DNA from: an uncultured delta proteobacterium
GTDB lineage: Bacteria; Desulfobacterota; WTBG01; CAIYCZ01; CAIRTM01
Assembly: GCA_903911225.1 (NCBI GenBank)
Contig: CAIWCT010000453.1
Location: 1 to 55,449 of the forward strand
Reading direction: 5' to 3'
DNA: 55,449 bases
The stretch's first letter is position 1; every line of letters begins with the position of its first letter. Shown here piece after piece: positions 35,545-45,571 of the stretch. The notes under the pieces are model-generated. The model saw nothing but the letters and a program-made list of their open reading frames with translations. It was not told the origin of the DNA and ran no database searches. The translations under genes and the position numbers were made by a program.

Positions 35545-36966
35545 ATGAAAAAAGAAAAACCAGATTTCATTTCAAAAAAAGAGGCTGCCATACTCGATGA
35601 CCTTGATATCGGCATGGTGGCTGTTAATCACGACGGGCGGATTACCTTCTTGAATCGCGCTATGGAAACAATTCTTGGTCTGCCCGACGAGGATATTCAT
35701 GGCAGAGCGTGTTGCGAGGTCTTCGGCGATTCGATCTGCGACGGTGCCTGCTTGCTGCGGCAGACGATGAAAACCGGCAAATCCGTCATGAACAAGACTC
35801 TGAATGCAACAACTGCCGCAGGGGTGCGAATGCTTGTGAGTATCACGACAGCCCTGATGCGCAGCAGAAATGGGGCGGTTACGGGCTGCTATGCCACCAT
35901 TCGGGATTTAAGCATGGTCGGCGAAATGTACAGCATGCCCATGCAGTTTTTAGCTCTGGCCGAAAACATTCCCGACGCCGGGGCCATCGAAAAAATCCGC
36001 TGGGAAGCGGACCTCAAGTTCAATTTCCACGGCATCATAAGCCAAAGCAATGCAATGCGCCATATTTTTACCCTGCTGCCAAGGATCGCTGAAAGCGACA
36101 GCACGATACTGATCGAAGGTCCCAGCGGCTCGGGCAAAGAGTTGATCGCGCAGACTATTCACCGGTTGAGCCACCGGAAGCACAAGCCCATGATCACGGT
36201 CAACAGCGGCGCCCTGCCCGATACGCTGCTCGAGTCGGAGCTGTTCGGCTACAAAGCCGGCGCGTTTACCGATGCAAAAAAAGACAAGCTCGGCCGCATC
36301 GCTTTGGCCGAGGGCGGCACACTGTTTCTTGATGAAATCGGGGATATCTCCCCTGCTCTGCAGGTGAAGCTTCTCAGGTTTCTTCAGAACCGGGACTATG
36401 AGCCGCTCGGATCAACCGACCAGCTGCGGGCCGATGTACGTATCCTTGCCGCCACGCACCGCAATCTTAGCCAGCTGGTCAAGCAGGGAAAATTCCGGGA
36501 AGACCTGTATTACCGAATTAATGTTTATGCCGCAGCAGTGCCGCCCCTTGAGCAGCGCAAAGAAGATATTCCGTTGCTGGTTCGGCACTTTATCGACCAC
36601 TACAACCGGCTTCAGAAACGTGACATAAAGGGAATTGCTTCAGATGCGCTTAACCTGCTGCTTAGCTATGATTTTCCCGGCAATATACGGGAGCTGCAAA
36701 ATATTATCGAACGGGCCTTTATTCTCTGCGCCGGGCCCAATATCACTGCTGCTGATCTGCCCGAGGCCATCACGCGCGGAACTTCCGTGCAGGTTGTCCG
36801 CAATGACCGCACGCTTGCCGGCATGGAGGAAAAACGAATCCACGAAGCCCTGCGCCGCCACAGCGGCAATGCGGCAGCCGCCGCAGACGAGCTCGGCATT
36901 CATAAAACCACCCTCTGGCGCCGCATGAAGGCGCTGGGTATTTCTGCACAAAAAAATAACAGATAG
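35545..36966 (+). CDS. Second OrpR-like sigma54 activator (Cys-PAS, AAA+, Fis HTH)
   Basis: CCEVFGDSICDGAC, GPSGSGKE, GAFTDA, TTLWRRMK; start set to ATG 35545. Confidence 0.9.
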   Translation: MKKEKPDFISKKEAAILDDLDIGMVAVNHDGRITFLNRAMETILGLPDEDIHGRACCEVFGDSICDGACLLRQTMKTGKSVMNKTLNATTAAGVRMLVSITTALMRSRNGAVTGCYATIRDLSMVGEMYSMPMQFLALAENIPDAGAIEKIRWEADLKFNFHGIISQSNAMRHIFTLLPRIAESDSTILIEGPSGSGKELIAQTIHRLSHRKHKPMITVNSGALPDTLLESELFGYKAGAFTDAKKDKLGRIALAEGGTLFLDEIGDISPALQVKLLRFLQNRDYEPLGSTDQLRADVRILAATHRNLSQLVKQGKFREDLYYRINVYAAAVPPLEQRKEDIPLLVRHFIDHYNRLQKRDIKGIASDALNLLLSYDFPGNIRELQNIIERAFILCAGPNITAADLPEAITRGTSVQVVRNDRTLAGMEEKRIHEALRRHSGNAAAAADELGIHKTTLWRRMKALGISAQKNNR

Positions 36967-36970
36967 AAAA

Positions 36971-37015
36971 TTGCATTTTGCAATACCGTGAGGCTGTTTC
37001 TGTTGCGAAATGCAA
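36971..37015. promoter_or_regulatory. Tandem upstream activator sites
   Basis: TTGCA-TTT-TGCAA and TTGCG-AAA-TGCAA, 32 bp apart. Confidence 0.6.
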
Positions 37016-37104
37016 TTTAACCGCACGCTGCCCCCTGCCTGCTCAACCACAATAACAGTCCGGTTTTTCATCACTAAAACACAAGCCCGCACGTTTTTTT
37101 CTTT

Positions 37105-37120
37105 TGGCACATGGCTTGCT
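37105..37120 (+). promoter_or_regulatory. Sigma54 -24/-12 promoter
   Basis: TGGCAC-ATGGC-TTGCT. Confidence 0.88.
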
Positions 37121-37131
37121 ATATCAATTAG

Positions 37132-37215
37132 ACAGGTTAGTGCTCATAAACCTCCTTTTTATACAGGCCTTTCATCTCCTTATCTTGGCAGGGGTAAGGA
37201 GATGAAAGGTTTTTT
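37132..37215 (+). ncRNA. Candidate sigma54-dependent small RNA or attenuated leader with an anti-SD seed
   Basis: Starts just after the sigma54 promoter, contains TCATAAACCTCCTTT, ends in a 15-bp perfect stem plus T6. Confidence 0.5.
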
Positions 37216-37317
37216 ACAATTACGGAGCCGGCAGTTGAGCGCTTGCGCACTATTCAATTAACGAAAATTTGACGGTGGTTAAATTCTTTGTATCGGGACA
37301 ACACAGAAAGGGCGGCG

Positions 37318-37809
37318 ATGAAACAACAATACAAAAAATCAAAACTTCTGCTTCTGATCATTCTGGTTTGCAGCGCTTTTACCTGCGGGCGGGCGCAGGC
37401 GGAAATCTCCACAGACCATATTTTTCTGCTCTCACCCAACCATGAGGATGCCACCTATGACTATTACAGCTACACCCCGGCAGGGTCGGTGAAGGATGTA
37501 ACGTATTTTCTTGTGCTGTTCGGAGGCCTGCAGACAACGATCGAAACCCTGTCAGTCAAACTCAGCTCCTCGCCCGTGTTCCATTCCTTTACAGGATCCG
37601 TGACCTACAGCCTTTTCGCCGTTGGCTACCCTAATATTTATTGCGCCAAAACAGTGACCGCCACGAATGCGACCGTCGCCTCCAACTATATCAAGGCTGA
37701 TTTTTTGGTAAATTCCCAATACGGCATCGCCCTCATAGGGGCTGCCCTGCTTGGGAGGCATGATGTGTCCCCCGATGTGAAGATGTCGCTCAAAGTATCC
37801 GTCCAATAA
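37318..37809 (+). CDS. Exported hypothetical protein, beta-rich
   Basis: Signal peptide ending AQA; no family recognised. Confidence 0.7.
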   Translation: MKQQYKKSKLLLLIILVCSAFTCGRAQAEISTDHIFLLSPNHEDATYDYYSYTPAGSVKDVTYFLVLFGGLQTTIETLSVKLSSSPVFHSFTGSVTYSLFAVGYPNIYCAKTVTATNATVASNYIKADFLVNSQYGIALIGAALLGRHDVSPDVKMSLKVSVQ

Positions 37810-37869
37810 GCCACGGACAGCTTGGGCAAAAACAGGATCATGCACTTCTACCGGAATTTCGGCGCGCTT

Positions 37870-39870
37870 ATGAAGATTTGTTTAAAAATACCGGCATGGC
37901 TCACAGCCGCGGCAGTCGCCTGCAGTATCGGCGCCGCAGCAGCAGGCGAGACAGCACGTCCCATGGACAATTCTACCGGCCAGGTGTTTACGCTCGGTGA
38001 AGTGGTTGTCGAGGGTGAGCGGGACACGATCAGCAAAGTCACCACGGTGGATACCATAAAAAAGGAAACTATCGATCTGAACACGGCCACCAATGTGGCT
38101 GATGCTCTCAAATCGGTTCCCGGCGTCACGATGGCCATAGGATCAAGAAATGAAAAAATGTTGACGGTCAGGGGGTTCACGGCTCGCTATATACCGGTCT
38201 TTTATGACGGCATACCTGTTTCTATCCCCTATGACGGCTATGTCGATCTGGGCAAGCTTCCCACAGGACCTGTTTCCCAGATAACCCTCAGCAAGGGCAT
38301 AAGCTCCGCGCTCTATGGCTCCAATACCATGGGAGGGGTGCTCAATATCATTTCGCGCAAGCCGGAAAAAAAATTCGAGGCTGATTTTGACACGCAATGG
38401 AGCGAGGGGAGCCGCTGGGACACGAATGTCAATATTGGCTCGCGTCTGGGAAAATTCTATTTTATGGGAACCTATGGCTATACCGATCAGGACGCCTTTG
38501 TATTGTCTGAGCACCACCACAATGACCTGAATCAAAGCGGCCATTACCGGGCAAACTCTTATATTGACAACGAGAATACCTACAATTTCAAATTCGGCTT
38601 TCTGCCGGCTGACGGACAGGAATACGCAGTAGGATTCAACCGCGTGAAAGGTGGCTGGGGCCTGCCGCCGGAAGAAGGCACCATCGCGCCCAAGTACTGG
38701 CGGTTCACCGATTGGGAAAAAAGCACCTACTATTTTATCGGCGATACAAAGCTTGCCGATACGCTGCAGCTCAAGACCCGGCTCTACCGCGATGAAGCTT
38801 ACAATGAGCTCGATTCCTATGATGATGATACTTACACGATTCAGGACTCTCCTTCTTCATTTCACAGCACCTATGACGATCACACCGTCGGCGGCTCCGC
38901 CACGCTCAGCTCGACCTATTTTAACAACAATACCATCGGACTGTCTTTTCATCTCAAGGATGATGTCCACAAGGAGCAGGACGACTATGGGTACAAGTGG
39001 GAGCGCTTTGAAACAAAAACCTATTCCTACGGCCTTGAGGATGACATCAGGCTGACCGACAAACTGTCGCTTGTAGTCGGAGCAAGCTATGACAAGCAAG
39101 TGCCGTGGTATGCCAATGGCGGCCAGCTCAGACGCAATGAGGAGGCTTTCAATCCGCAGGCGGGCGTTAACTATGCCGCGGCTGAGAATACCATTCTTCA
39201 TGCGTCCGTCGGAAAAAAATCGCGCTTCCCGTCGCTCAAGGAGCTGTACTCCAACCTGCTCGGGACCAATATAGCCAACCCGAATCTTAAATCTGAACGC
39301 GCGCTCAACTATGAGGCGGGCATCGAGCAAAGGCTGCCGGGAAATACGACGCTCAAGTTCAATCTTTTTTATAATGATATAAGCGACTATATCGTCAGTC
39401 GCGAGATCAGCTTCAAGGTCAATCAGTATATCAATATCGGCAAAACAAGTTTCAAGGGTTTTGAAATAAACCTGCAATCCGGCTGTCTGCGCGACAATGA
39501 TTTTCAGATCCACTATACCTGGCTGCACGCCGAGGACCGCTCTCCGAACCGAACGAGCAATCATCTTGAATATCAGCCTAAACACAATCTGTATATCAGC
39601 GACCAGTATACGATCAACCGGTATCTGTCGGTTTTCTGCGCACTGACGCTCAACTCCGAGCGTTATTATCAGGATTCCGACGATTATATGAACTGGGACA
39701 AGGTGAGCGGTTTCTGCACCATGGATATGAAGCTGATTGCTAAATTGACAAAATATTTCACGCTGGAAGCCGGGGCGCGCAACCTTTTTGATGAGGACTA
39801 TTCCTATTCTCATGGCTTTCCGCAGGCAGGCCGCACCTTCTTTACCATTGTGAGGGGAAAATTGTGGTAG
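37870..39870 (+). CDS. TonB-dependent outer-membrane receptor
   Basis: Signal peptide, TonB box (LGEVVVEG), plug VRGF..YDGIP, SALYGSNTMGGVLNI, NPNLKSE, NLFDEDY...GRT; start uncertain. Confidence 0.93.
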   Translation: MKICLKIPAWLTAAAVACSIGAAAAGETARPMDNSTGQVFTLGEVVVEGERDTISKVTTVDTIKKETIDLNTATNVADALKSVPGVTMAIGSRNEKMLTVRGFTARYIPVFYDGIPVSIPYDGYVDLGKLPTGPVSQITLSKGISSALYGSNTMGGVLNIISRKPEKKFEADFDTQWSEGSRWDTNVNIGSRLGKFYFMGTYGYTDQDAFVLSEHHHNDLNQSGHYRANSYIDNENTYNFKFGFLPADGQEYAVGFNRVKGGWGLPPEEGTIAPKYWRFTDWEKSTYYFIGDTKLADTLQLKTRLYRDEAYNELDSYDDDTYTIQDSPSSFHSTYDDHTVGGSATLSSTYFNNNTIGLSFHLKDDVHKEQDDYGYKWERFETKTYSYGLEDDIRLTDKLSLVVGASYDKQVPWYANGGQLRRNEEAFNPQAGVNYAAAENTILHASVGKKSRFPSLKELYSNLLGTNIANPNLKSERALNYEAGIEQRLPGNTTLKFNLFYNDISDYIVSREISFKVNQYINIGKTSFKGFEINLQSGCLRDNDFQIHYTWLHAEDRSPNRTSNHLEYQPKHNLYISDQYTINRYLSVFCALTLNSERYYQDSDDYMNWDKVSGFCTMDMKLIAKLTKYFTLEAGARNLFDEDYSYSHGFPQAGRTFFTIVRGKLW

Positions 39871-40098
39871 GGGCGGCGGACAGGGCATGCGCAGAGAACA
39901 ACCCACTGCGCTCCATGCCGCCTGCCAGCTATTTGTGTTCTTTCTCCCAAACTATATGGGGCTGCCCCGGCCACATGTGACGCGGCCCCATATAGATAAA
40001 ATTCGGATATCTGCGCCGGTTCCGGGCGCTACTGCCCGGCTGTGCCTAACAGAGCCATAACCATTTAATCTATCGAGACAAAAAAAGGAGGATCACGC

Positions 40099-41007
40099 AT
40101 GAAAACAGGACTGAAAAAGATGGCATGGGCCTTAACGCTCAATGTGTTGTGCCTTACACTGCTATGCATGAACACAGGCTGCAAGCTTGCGCTCTGGCAG
40201 GGCGATCAGCAGGTCATAGTAACATTCAACGACAATACGACAGCTACGGTTAAACTAAAAGGCATGCTCACCACCGCCTATGATAATGTAACCGCCATCA
40301 AAATTTCCGCTATCGTCAAAAAGGCCCGGCTCGCCAGCACTTCCAAGCTCGAAAATGCGTATTTCAACTTTATAAACAGCGACGGCATCAATCTGGAAGA
40401 CGGTTTGACATCGGGCAAAAGCCTGCCCACCTGGGATGATATCCAAAATGGCTATATCTATGATAACGGCACCAATGGCGGGCTGTGCATCAAATGGGCC
40501 CCCGGCACCGCGCCCGGCGATGACAACGGCACTGCCTACAGCGTGAGCCTGATGGATAACGGCACGATCGCCATCCAGGAGAACAATGTCGCTCCCCCCA
40601 CCGACCCCTGGCAGGGCGCCGAGCAGGTTCAGGTGACCTTCGGCACCAAAACGGCTACCGTCAAGCTGAGCGATATCAATATCAGCACCTATCAAGGCAT
40701 TGATGGGGTACGGTTGTCCGATATCGTTAAGAAGGCAAATCTCGCAGCTGCCGCTAATGTTAAAAATTATTATTTTAATTTTATCGCAAGCGACGGCTTT
40801 GACATGTCGAAAAAGGCGATATCAAACCAAATGAGCCTGCCCACCTGGAGCGACATGCAAAAAGGCTATCTCTATGATTCAGGCTCAAGCAGCGGGCTGA
40901 CCATAAAGTGGGAAACGGGAACGCCGCCCGGCGATTTCGGGAGATTTTACAATTGCAAGCTCATGGATGGCGGCATCATTCAAATACTGGAGGATAATGT
41001 GCTGTAA
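40099..41007 (+). CDS. Lipoprotein with two tandem repeated domains
   Basis: Lipobox-like NTGC; duplicated WQG..VTF..TATVKL / YFNFI.SDG / LPTW.D.Q.GY.YD / LMD.G.I; RBS AAGGAGG. Confidence 0.8.
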   Translation: MKTGLKKMAWALTLNVLCLTLLCMNTGCKLALWQGDQQVIVTFNDNTTATVKLKGMLTTAYDNVTAIKISAIVKKARLASTSKLENAYFNFINSDGINLEDGLTSGKSLPTWDDIQNGYIYDNGTNGGLCIKWAPGTAPGDDNGTAYSVSLMDNGTIAIQENNVAPPTDPWQGAEQVQVTFGTKTATVKLSDINISTYQGIDGVRLSDIVKKANLAAAANVKNYYFNFIASDGFDMSKKAISNQMSLPTWSDMQKGYLYDSGSSSGLTIKWETGTPPGDFGRFYNCKLMDGGIIQILEDNVL

Positions 41008-41109
41008 GAGCACGGCAGAACAGAGAAAATTCATAACAGCAGGTGTCATCGCTGCTGCGTTGAAGCCGGAGTGGCAAACTCCGGCTTCGGCATGTTTCAG
41101 GAAGACAAC

Positions 41110-41985
41110 ATGAGCATGAGTGCACGGGCGGAAAAAACCATGGCAATGCTGATGCGTGCAATAGAGTTTGACTGTGAGAGCAGCGACGGGTTGTCGGTCG
41201 AACTGAACGCACCGCTCAGACGGGCGGCTTTTCATGTCCGGCGGCAGCATGGCATGCCACGGGCGGTCGCGCTGTCGCTGTTTGTACATGCCAGTATCGG
41301 TGTGGCGCTTTTTTTTCAGCTTGTGCCGCAGCAGTTTATGCGCATGCAGGGAAGCGGAAATGAGCAAAAATTATTGGAGGTTTTTTTGATCGCCGAGCCG
41401 GCCGGGGCATCAGGCGGCGCACCACGACTGGTGCAGGCAATTGCAGCCGCACCGGCTGCTGCGCCCGAACCGGTCGTCAAAGCGGAGCACAAGCCTGAGC
41501 CAATAAAAAAAACGCTCGCAGAATACAGCATGCACCGGAAAACAAAAGCCTTACCTCCTGAGGTACCTGTGCAGGCAGAAGAAGCCCCGGTAGGTAAAGC
41601 CGATGCTACGGCAGAGAGCCCGCAGCCCGGACAAGCCACGGGGTCACAGGATTCAGGCAACCAGACGGGAGCGGGTTCCGGGAGCGGGGCTCCCTATGAC
41701 ACAAGCTTCGGCCAGGCGGATGCGCCCCGGTTTTTAAACTATGTGCAGCCCAAATATCCGCTTGCAGCACGGCAGCAGGGACGAGAAGGAACCGTTGTTC
41801 TGCGGCTCACTATTGATGAACGCGGCAATCTGGTTCAGGTTGAGGTTGTTGCAAGCCCCTCCGACGGCTTTGCCCAATCAGCTGTCGAGGCGGTCAAGCT
41901 CTCAACATTTGCTCCGGCCCTGCGGGGCGGCAAAGCGGTTTCATCACGGGCCGTGCTACCCATGCGGTTTGCGTTGCGGCATTAA
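41110..41985 (+). CDS. tonB: Energy transducer TonB
   Basis: TM with SLFVH, Pro/Ala-rich linker, PKYPLAARQQGREGTV. Confidence 0.88.
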   Translation: MSMSARAEKTMAMLMRAIEFDCESSDGLSVELNAPLRRAAFHVRRQHGMPRAVALSLFVHASIGVALFFQLVPQQFMRMQGSGNEQKLLEVFLIAEPAGASGGAPRLVQAIAAAPAAAPEPVVKAEHKPEPIKKTLAEYSMHRKTKALPPEVPVQAEEAPVGKADATAESPQPGQATGSQDSGNQTGAGSGSGAPYDTSFGQADAPRFLNYVQPKYPLAARQQGREGTVVLRLTIDERGNLVQVEVVASPSDGFAQSAVEAVKLSTFAPALRGGKAVSSRAVLPMRFALRH

Positions 41986-42017
41986 TGCCGCCCTCATCGG
42001 CGTGATACCGGGGGCCG

Positions 42018-42076
42018 GCAGGGGAAGACCTGCGTGTCTGCCCGGAACAAGGGCGCACACACAGGTGCGCCCCTAC
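42018..42076. repeat. GTAG-family REP-like doublet
   Basis: GCAGGGGAAGACCTGCGTGTCTGCCC ... GGGCGCACACACAGGTGCGCCCCTAC. Confidence 0.65.
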
Positions 42077-42135
42077 GAGATATCAATACCGGCGGACGGC
42101 TATTTTACGCAATAGGAACAAATTTAAACGGTGGA

Positions 42136-42327
42136 ATGATGGACATACAAGAGTTTAAGGGGCGGCTGAAAAAGATAGCGGCACATAAACAGTATCGAAT
42201 TTCAAGTAAAGACAGAGAGGCTGCAAAAATTGCACTTGATATTTTAAGGGAGCTGGAAAAATTGCAGCCCCTGATTACTGAGGATTTTGAAAAAACAGAA
42301 ACCATGTCCTGCACAACCGGAATATAG
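42136..42327 (+). CDS. Small hypothetical helical protein (63 aa)
   Basis: AT-rich, charged amphipathic ORF filling the gap between tonB and fmdE. Confidence 0.5.
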   Translation: MMDIQEFKGRLKKIAAHKQYRISSKDREAAKIALDILRELEKLQPLITEDFEKTETMSCTTGI

Positions 42328-42402
42328 CATGGAATTCCTGAGTGGCAATTATAGAGCGGATTTATCAATAAATTATTATTTTGTGAAGGGAGCAAGCGTC
42401 TA

Positions 42403-42945
42403 ATGAGGTCATTTGAAAAAGATATGGAAGCAGCGGCCGCCTATCACGGCCACATCTGTTCGGGAATCGTCCTGGGAGTGCGCATGGCGCGGCTGGGCTC
42501 GCAGCTTTTGGGAATTGAGGATCCTCTCAACTACCGCGACCTTGTCGTATATATCGAGGTCGACCGGTGCGCAACCGATGCCATTTATGCGGTTACGGGC
42601 TGCACCATGGGCCGCAGACGGCTGAAGTGGCTCAATTACGGCAAGCTCGCTGCAACCTTTGTCGATCTTGCAACAGACAAAGCAGTGCGGCTTGCGGTCA
42701 TTGCCGAACACTTTCCGCCCGAGGACAGCGATCTTATGAAATTCTGGGAGACAATTCCAGATGAAGAGATGTTCAAAATACAGCAGATTGTCAAAATAGT
42801 GCCGCCCGAAGACCGGCCGGGCAAGCCGCTGCGTCGGGTAACCTGTCAGGGCTGCGGCGAATGGGTGATGGACGGCAGGGATGTTACCGTCGAGGGCCGC
42901 ACATTGTGCCGCGCCTGCGCTGGCGATGCTTACGCTGTACGGTAA
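42403..42945 (+). CDS. fmdE: FmdE family protein with C-terminal zinc finger
   Basis: YHGHICSG, CATDA, TGCTMG, YGKLAATF, CQGCGE..CRAC. Confidence 0.9.
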   Translation: MRSFEKDMEAAAAYHGHICSGIVLGVRMARLGSQLLGIEDPLNYRDLVVYIEVDRCATDAIYAVTGCTMGRRRLKWLNYGKLAATFVDLATDKAVRLAVIAEHFPPEDSDLMKFWETIPDEEMFKIQQIVKIVPPEDRPGKPLRRVTCQGCGEWVMDGRDVTVEGRTLCRACAGDAYAVR

Positions 42946-42955
42946 GGAGAAAATT

Positions 42956-43726
42956 ATGTGGGAGCTGTATGACGCGCTTATCGATCTGGTGCCTGAAGAC
43001 GCGACAGTAGCCGAATGCCTTGTGGGGTACAACTGGACGCTCGTGCGCTCCCTTGCCACGGGCGTTGCGCTCACGCCGCCCAAAGAAGGTTGCAGTAAGC
43101 GCTCTATCGGCCCCATTGCGGGCATGCCCGTGCGGGCGCTTGCGAAAAAAATAAAATCCTGGAACAGCCTTGAGGCAACGCTCGGGCTTGCTGCCATAAA
43201 TTCGGTGCTGAATACGCCTGGCCAGGTCGAGCGGCTGAGCGGCATACCGCTGTCGCAGCATCACCAGATGAGCGCTTTTGCCCGGTTTAAAAACGAAGTA
43301 CGGGGCAGGCGTGTTGCGGTGATTGGCCACTTCCCCGATCTGGAGCAGATCACCAGCATGTGCGAGCTGTCAATTCTGGAGCGCAAGCCGCATGGCGGTG
43401 ATTATCCCGATCCGGCCTGTGAATACATATTGGCACAGCAGGACTATGTTTTCATGACCGCGACGACCATCATAAATAAAACCCTGCCGCGGCTGCTGGA
43501 GCTGAGCAGTCGCGCGGTGAAGGTGCTGGTGGGGCCGAGCACGCCACTGACTGCCCGGCTGCATGATTTTGGCATCGATGTGCTGGCAGGCATGGCGGTT
43601 GATGATGAGGCAGCGTTCTGGCGCACGGTGCGCGAGGCAGGCTCACTTGAAATATTTGAAAATGGAGGCCATATGGTTGAAATTAGAAATAAGCAGATAC
43701 GTACAGGTCATGATGCAGCAGCCTGA
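42956..43726 (+). CDS. DUF364 family protein (second paralog)
   Basis: MWELYD, SWNSLEATLGLAAINS, VIGHFP, NKTLPRLL, VGPSTP. Confidence 0.87.
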   Translation: MWELYDALIDLVPEDATVAECLVGYNWTLVRSLATGVALTPPKEGCSKRSIGPIAGMPVRALAKKIKSWNSLEATLGLAAINSVLNTPGQVERLSGIPLSQHHQMSAFARFKNEVRGRRVAVIGHFPDLEQITSMCELSILERKPHGGDYPDPACEYILAQQDYVFMTATTIINKTLPRLLELSSRAVKVLVGPSTPLTARLHDFGIDVLAGMAVDDEAAFWRTVREAGSLEIFENGGHMVEIRNKQIRTGHDAAA

Positions 43727-44747
43727 GCATAGCAGCCGAATGGCCCGGCCCGGATTAAGAGTCATTATCATCGGCCTCGGAGCTGCGGCGGCCTTCTTCC
43801 TGTCGCTGCCCCTGGGCAGATATCATATACCCCTGTCGGATGTCGCGGCAGCGCTTTCGGCTGCGATCTCTCCCGGTGTTGAGCTTATTCCCGATGCCGT
43901 GCAAACCGTGCTGTTCAATATACGGCTGCCGAGGATACTGACCGGCATGCTCGTGGGCGCGGTTCTGTCGGCCTCGGGAGCGGTATATCAGGGCATGTTC
44001 CGCAACCCCCTGGTATCGCCCGACATACTGGGCGCTTCAGCCGGCGCCGGCTTCGGCGCTGCATTTGCCATATGGTGCTCGTGGGGCATAGCCGGCATTC
44101 AGGTTTCAGCCTTTATTTGCGGCCTTACCGCAGTGCTTTCCGCCTGGGGCCTCTCCACGCGGATGCGCCATGAACCCATGCTGGCCCTGGTGCTTTCCGG
44201 AATTCTTATCGGCACCCTGTTCTCCGCAGGCACGGCAGCTGTGAAATATATCGCCGATCCTCTTGACAAGCTCCCCGCCATAACCTTCTGGCTCATGGGA
44301 AGCCTGGCAGCCAGCACCCGGCGCGATGCGCTTATTCTTGCGGCTGCGGCTGCGGCAGGCCTTGTGCCGCTTCTGGCCTTGCGCTGGCGCCTTAATGTGC
44401 TATCGCTGGGTGATGAAGAAGCGCAGGCCCTGGGCCTTGAAACCGGAAAGCTTCGCTTTGGCGTGATTATCTGCGCTACGCTTATGACAACGGTGTCGGT
44501 TTCGATCGGTGGCATGATCGGCTGGGTCGGGCTGATAGTGCCCCATCTGGCGCGCATGATCGTTGGGCCCAACTACGGCGTATTGCTGCCGGCCTCGGCC
44601 CTGTTGGGCGGGGCCTACCTGCTTGTTGTTGACGATCTTGCACGAATGGTCGCGGCGGTTGAAACGCCCCTGGGAATACTGACCGCCCTTATCGGCGTGC
44701 CGTTTTTTCTTTGTCTGCTGAAATACAATACGCGTGACTGGCAATGA
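43710..44747 (+). CDS. Type II (FecCD/MolB-like) ABC permease
   Basis: IRLPR, QGMFRNPLVSPDILG, KYIADP..LPAITFWLMGS, IGWVGLIVPH. Confidence 0.9.
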   Translation: MMQQPEHSSRMARPGLRVIIIGLGAAAAFFLSLPLGRYHIPLSDVAAALSAAISPGVELIPDAVQTVLFNIRLPRILTGMLVGAVLSASGAVYQGMFRNPLVSPDILGASAGAGFGAAFAIWCSWGIAGIQVSAFICGLTAVLSAWGLSTRMRHEPMLALVLSGILIGTLFSAGTAAVKYIADPLDKLPAITFWLMGSLAASTRRDALILAAAAAAGLVPLLALRWRLNVLSLGDEEAQALGLETGKLRFGVIICATLMTTVSVSIGGMIGWVGLIVPHLARMIVGPNYGVLLPASALLGGAYLLVVDDLARMVAAVETPLGILTALIGVPFFLCLLKYNTRDWQ

Positions 44748-45571
44748 AGCTCGAACTTCGGGATATCTGCTGCGGCTATGACACATCTGATGTGGTACAA
44801 GGCGTCACTCTGTCCATCGGGCCAGGGGATATTGCCTGCCTGCTCGGGCCTAACGGTTCCGGCAAGACGACGCTTTTCAAGGCCATGCTTGGCCTGATGC
44901 CGCTGCATAAGGGATCGGTTCTGCTGGACGGGCAGGACATACGGCGCTGGGACCGTCGCGATATCGCGCAAAAGCTCGGGTATATCCCCCAGCATCAAAT
45001 GCGCCCCTTTCCTTTCACCGTGTTTGACATGGTGCTCATGGGCCGCACGTCCCATATCGGGGCATGCTCATCCCCTGGCCGCAGCGACCGCATGGCGGCC
45101 ATGGAGGCCCTCGCCGCCCTTCATATGCAGCATTTGGAAAAACGGATATTCACCGAGCTTTCAGGCGGAGAGCGCCAGCTGGTGCTTATTGCCCGTGCCC
45201 TTGCCCAGCAGCCCGGCATTCTCATTATGGATGAGCCCACGGCCAGCCTTGATTTCGGCAACCAGCTTTTGGTGCTGGATCATATCCGCGAGCTTGCCCA
45301 CGGCGGTCTGTCGGTCATCATGAGCACCCACCTGCCCAATCATGCGTTTTTATTCGGCACGCGGGTGCTGCTGCTCAAGAAGGGGCATATCCTGAGCGCC
45401 GGAACGCCCGAGGAAACCGTGAACAGGGAGAATATGCGCTCTTTGTACAATGTCGATGTCGAAATCGCACAGATGCAGCTGCAGGACAGCCGTGAGATCA
45501 GGGTATGCATACCACTTTCACACTGTTCCTGCAGCCAGCGAAGAAACAAACAAAGCCAAAAGGAGAAATAA
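44744..45571 (+). CDS. Type II ABC transporter ATP-binding protein
   Basis: GPNGSGKT, LSGGERQ, MDEPTASLDFGNQ, STH. Confidence 0.92.
   Translation: MKLELRDICCGYDTSDVVQGVTLSIGPGDIACLLGPNGSGKTTLFKAMLGLMPLHKGSVLLDGQDIRRWDRRDIAQKLGYIPQHQMRPFPFTVFDMVLMGRTSHIGACSSPGRSDRMAAMEALAALHMQHLEKRIFTELSGGERQLVLIARALAQQPGILIMDEPTASLDFGNQLLVLDHIRELAHGGLSVIMSTHLPNHAFLFGTRVLLLKKGHILSAGTPEETVNRENMRSLYNVDVEIAQMQLQDSREIRVCIPLSHCSCSQRRNKQSQKEK

Noticed and set aside
37124-37160. Minus-strand RBS plus 7-aa peptide MSTNLSN
   Set aside because: No minus-strand promoter seen; better read as the anti-SD seed of a plus-strand RNA, though not excluded
39871-40050. Riboswitch after the TonB receptor
   Set aside because: Several GC hairpins but no recognisable aptamer motifs; probably mRNA-stability elements
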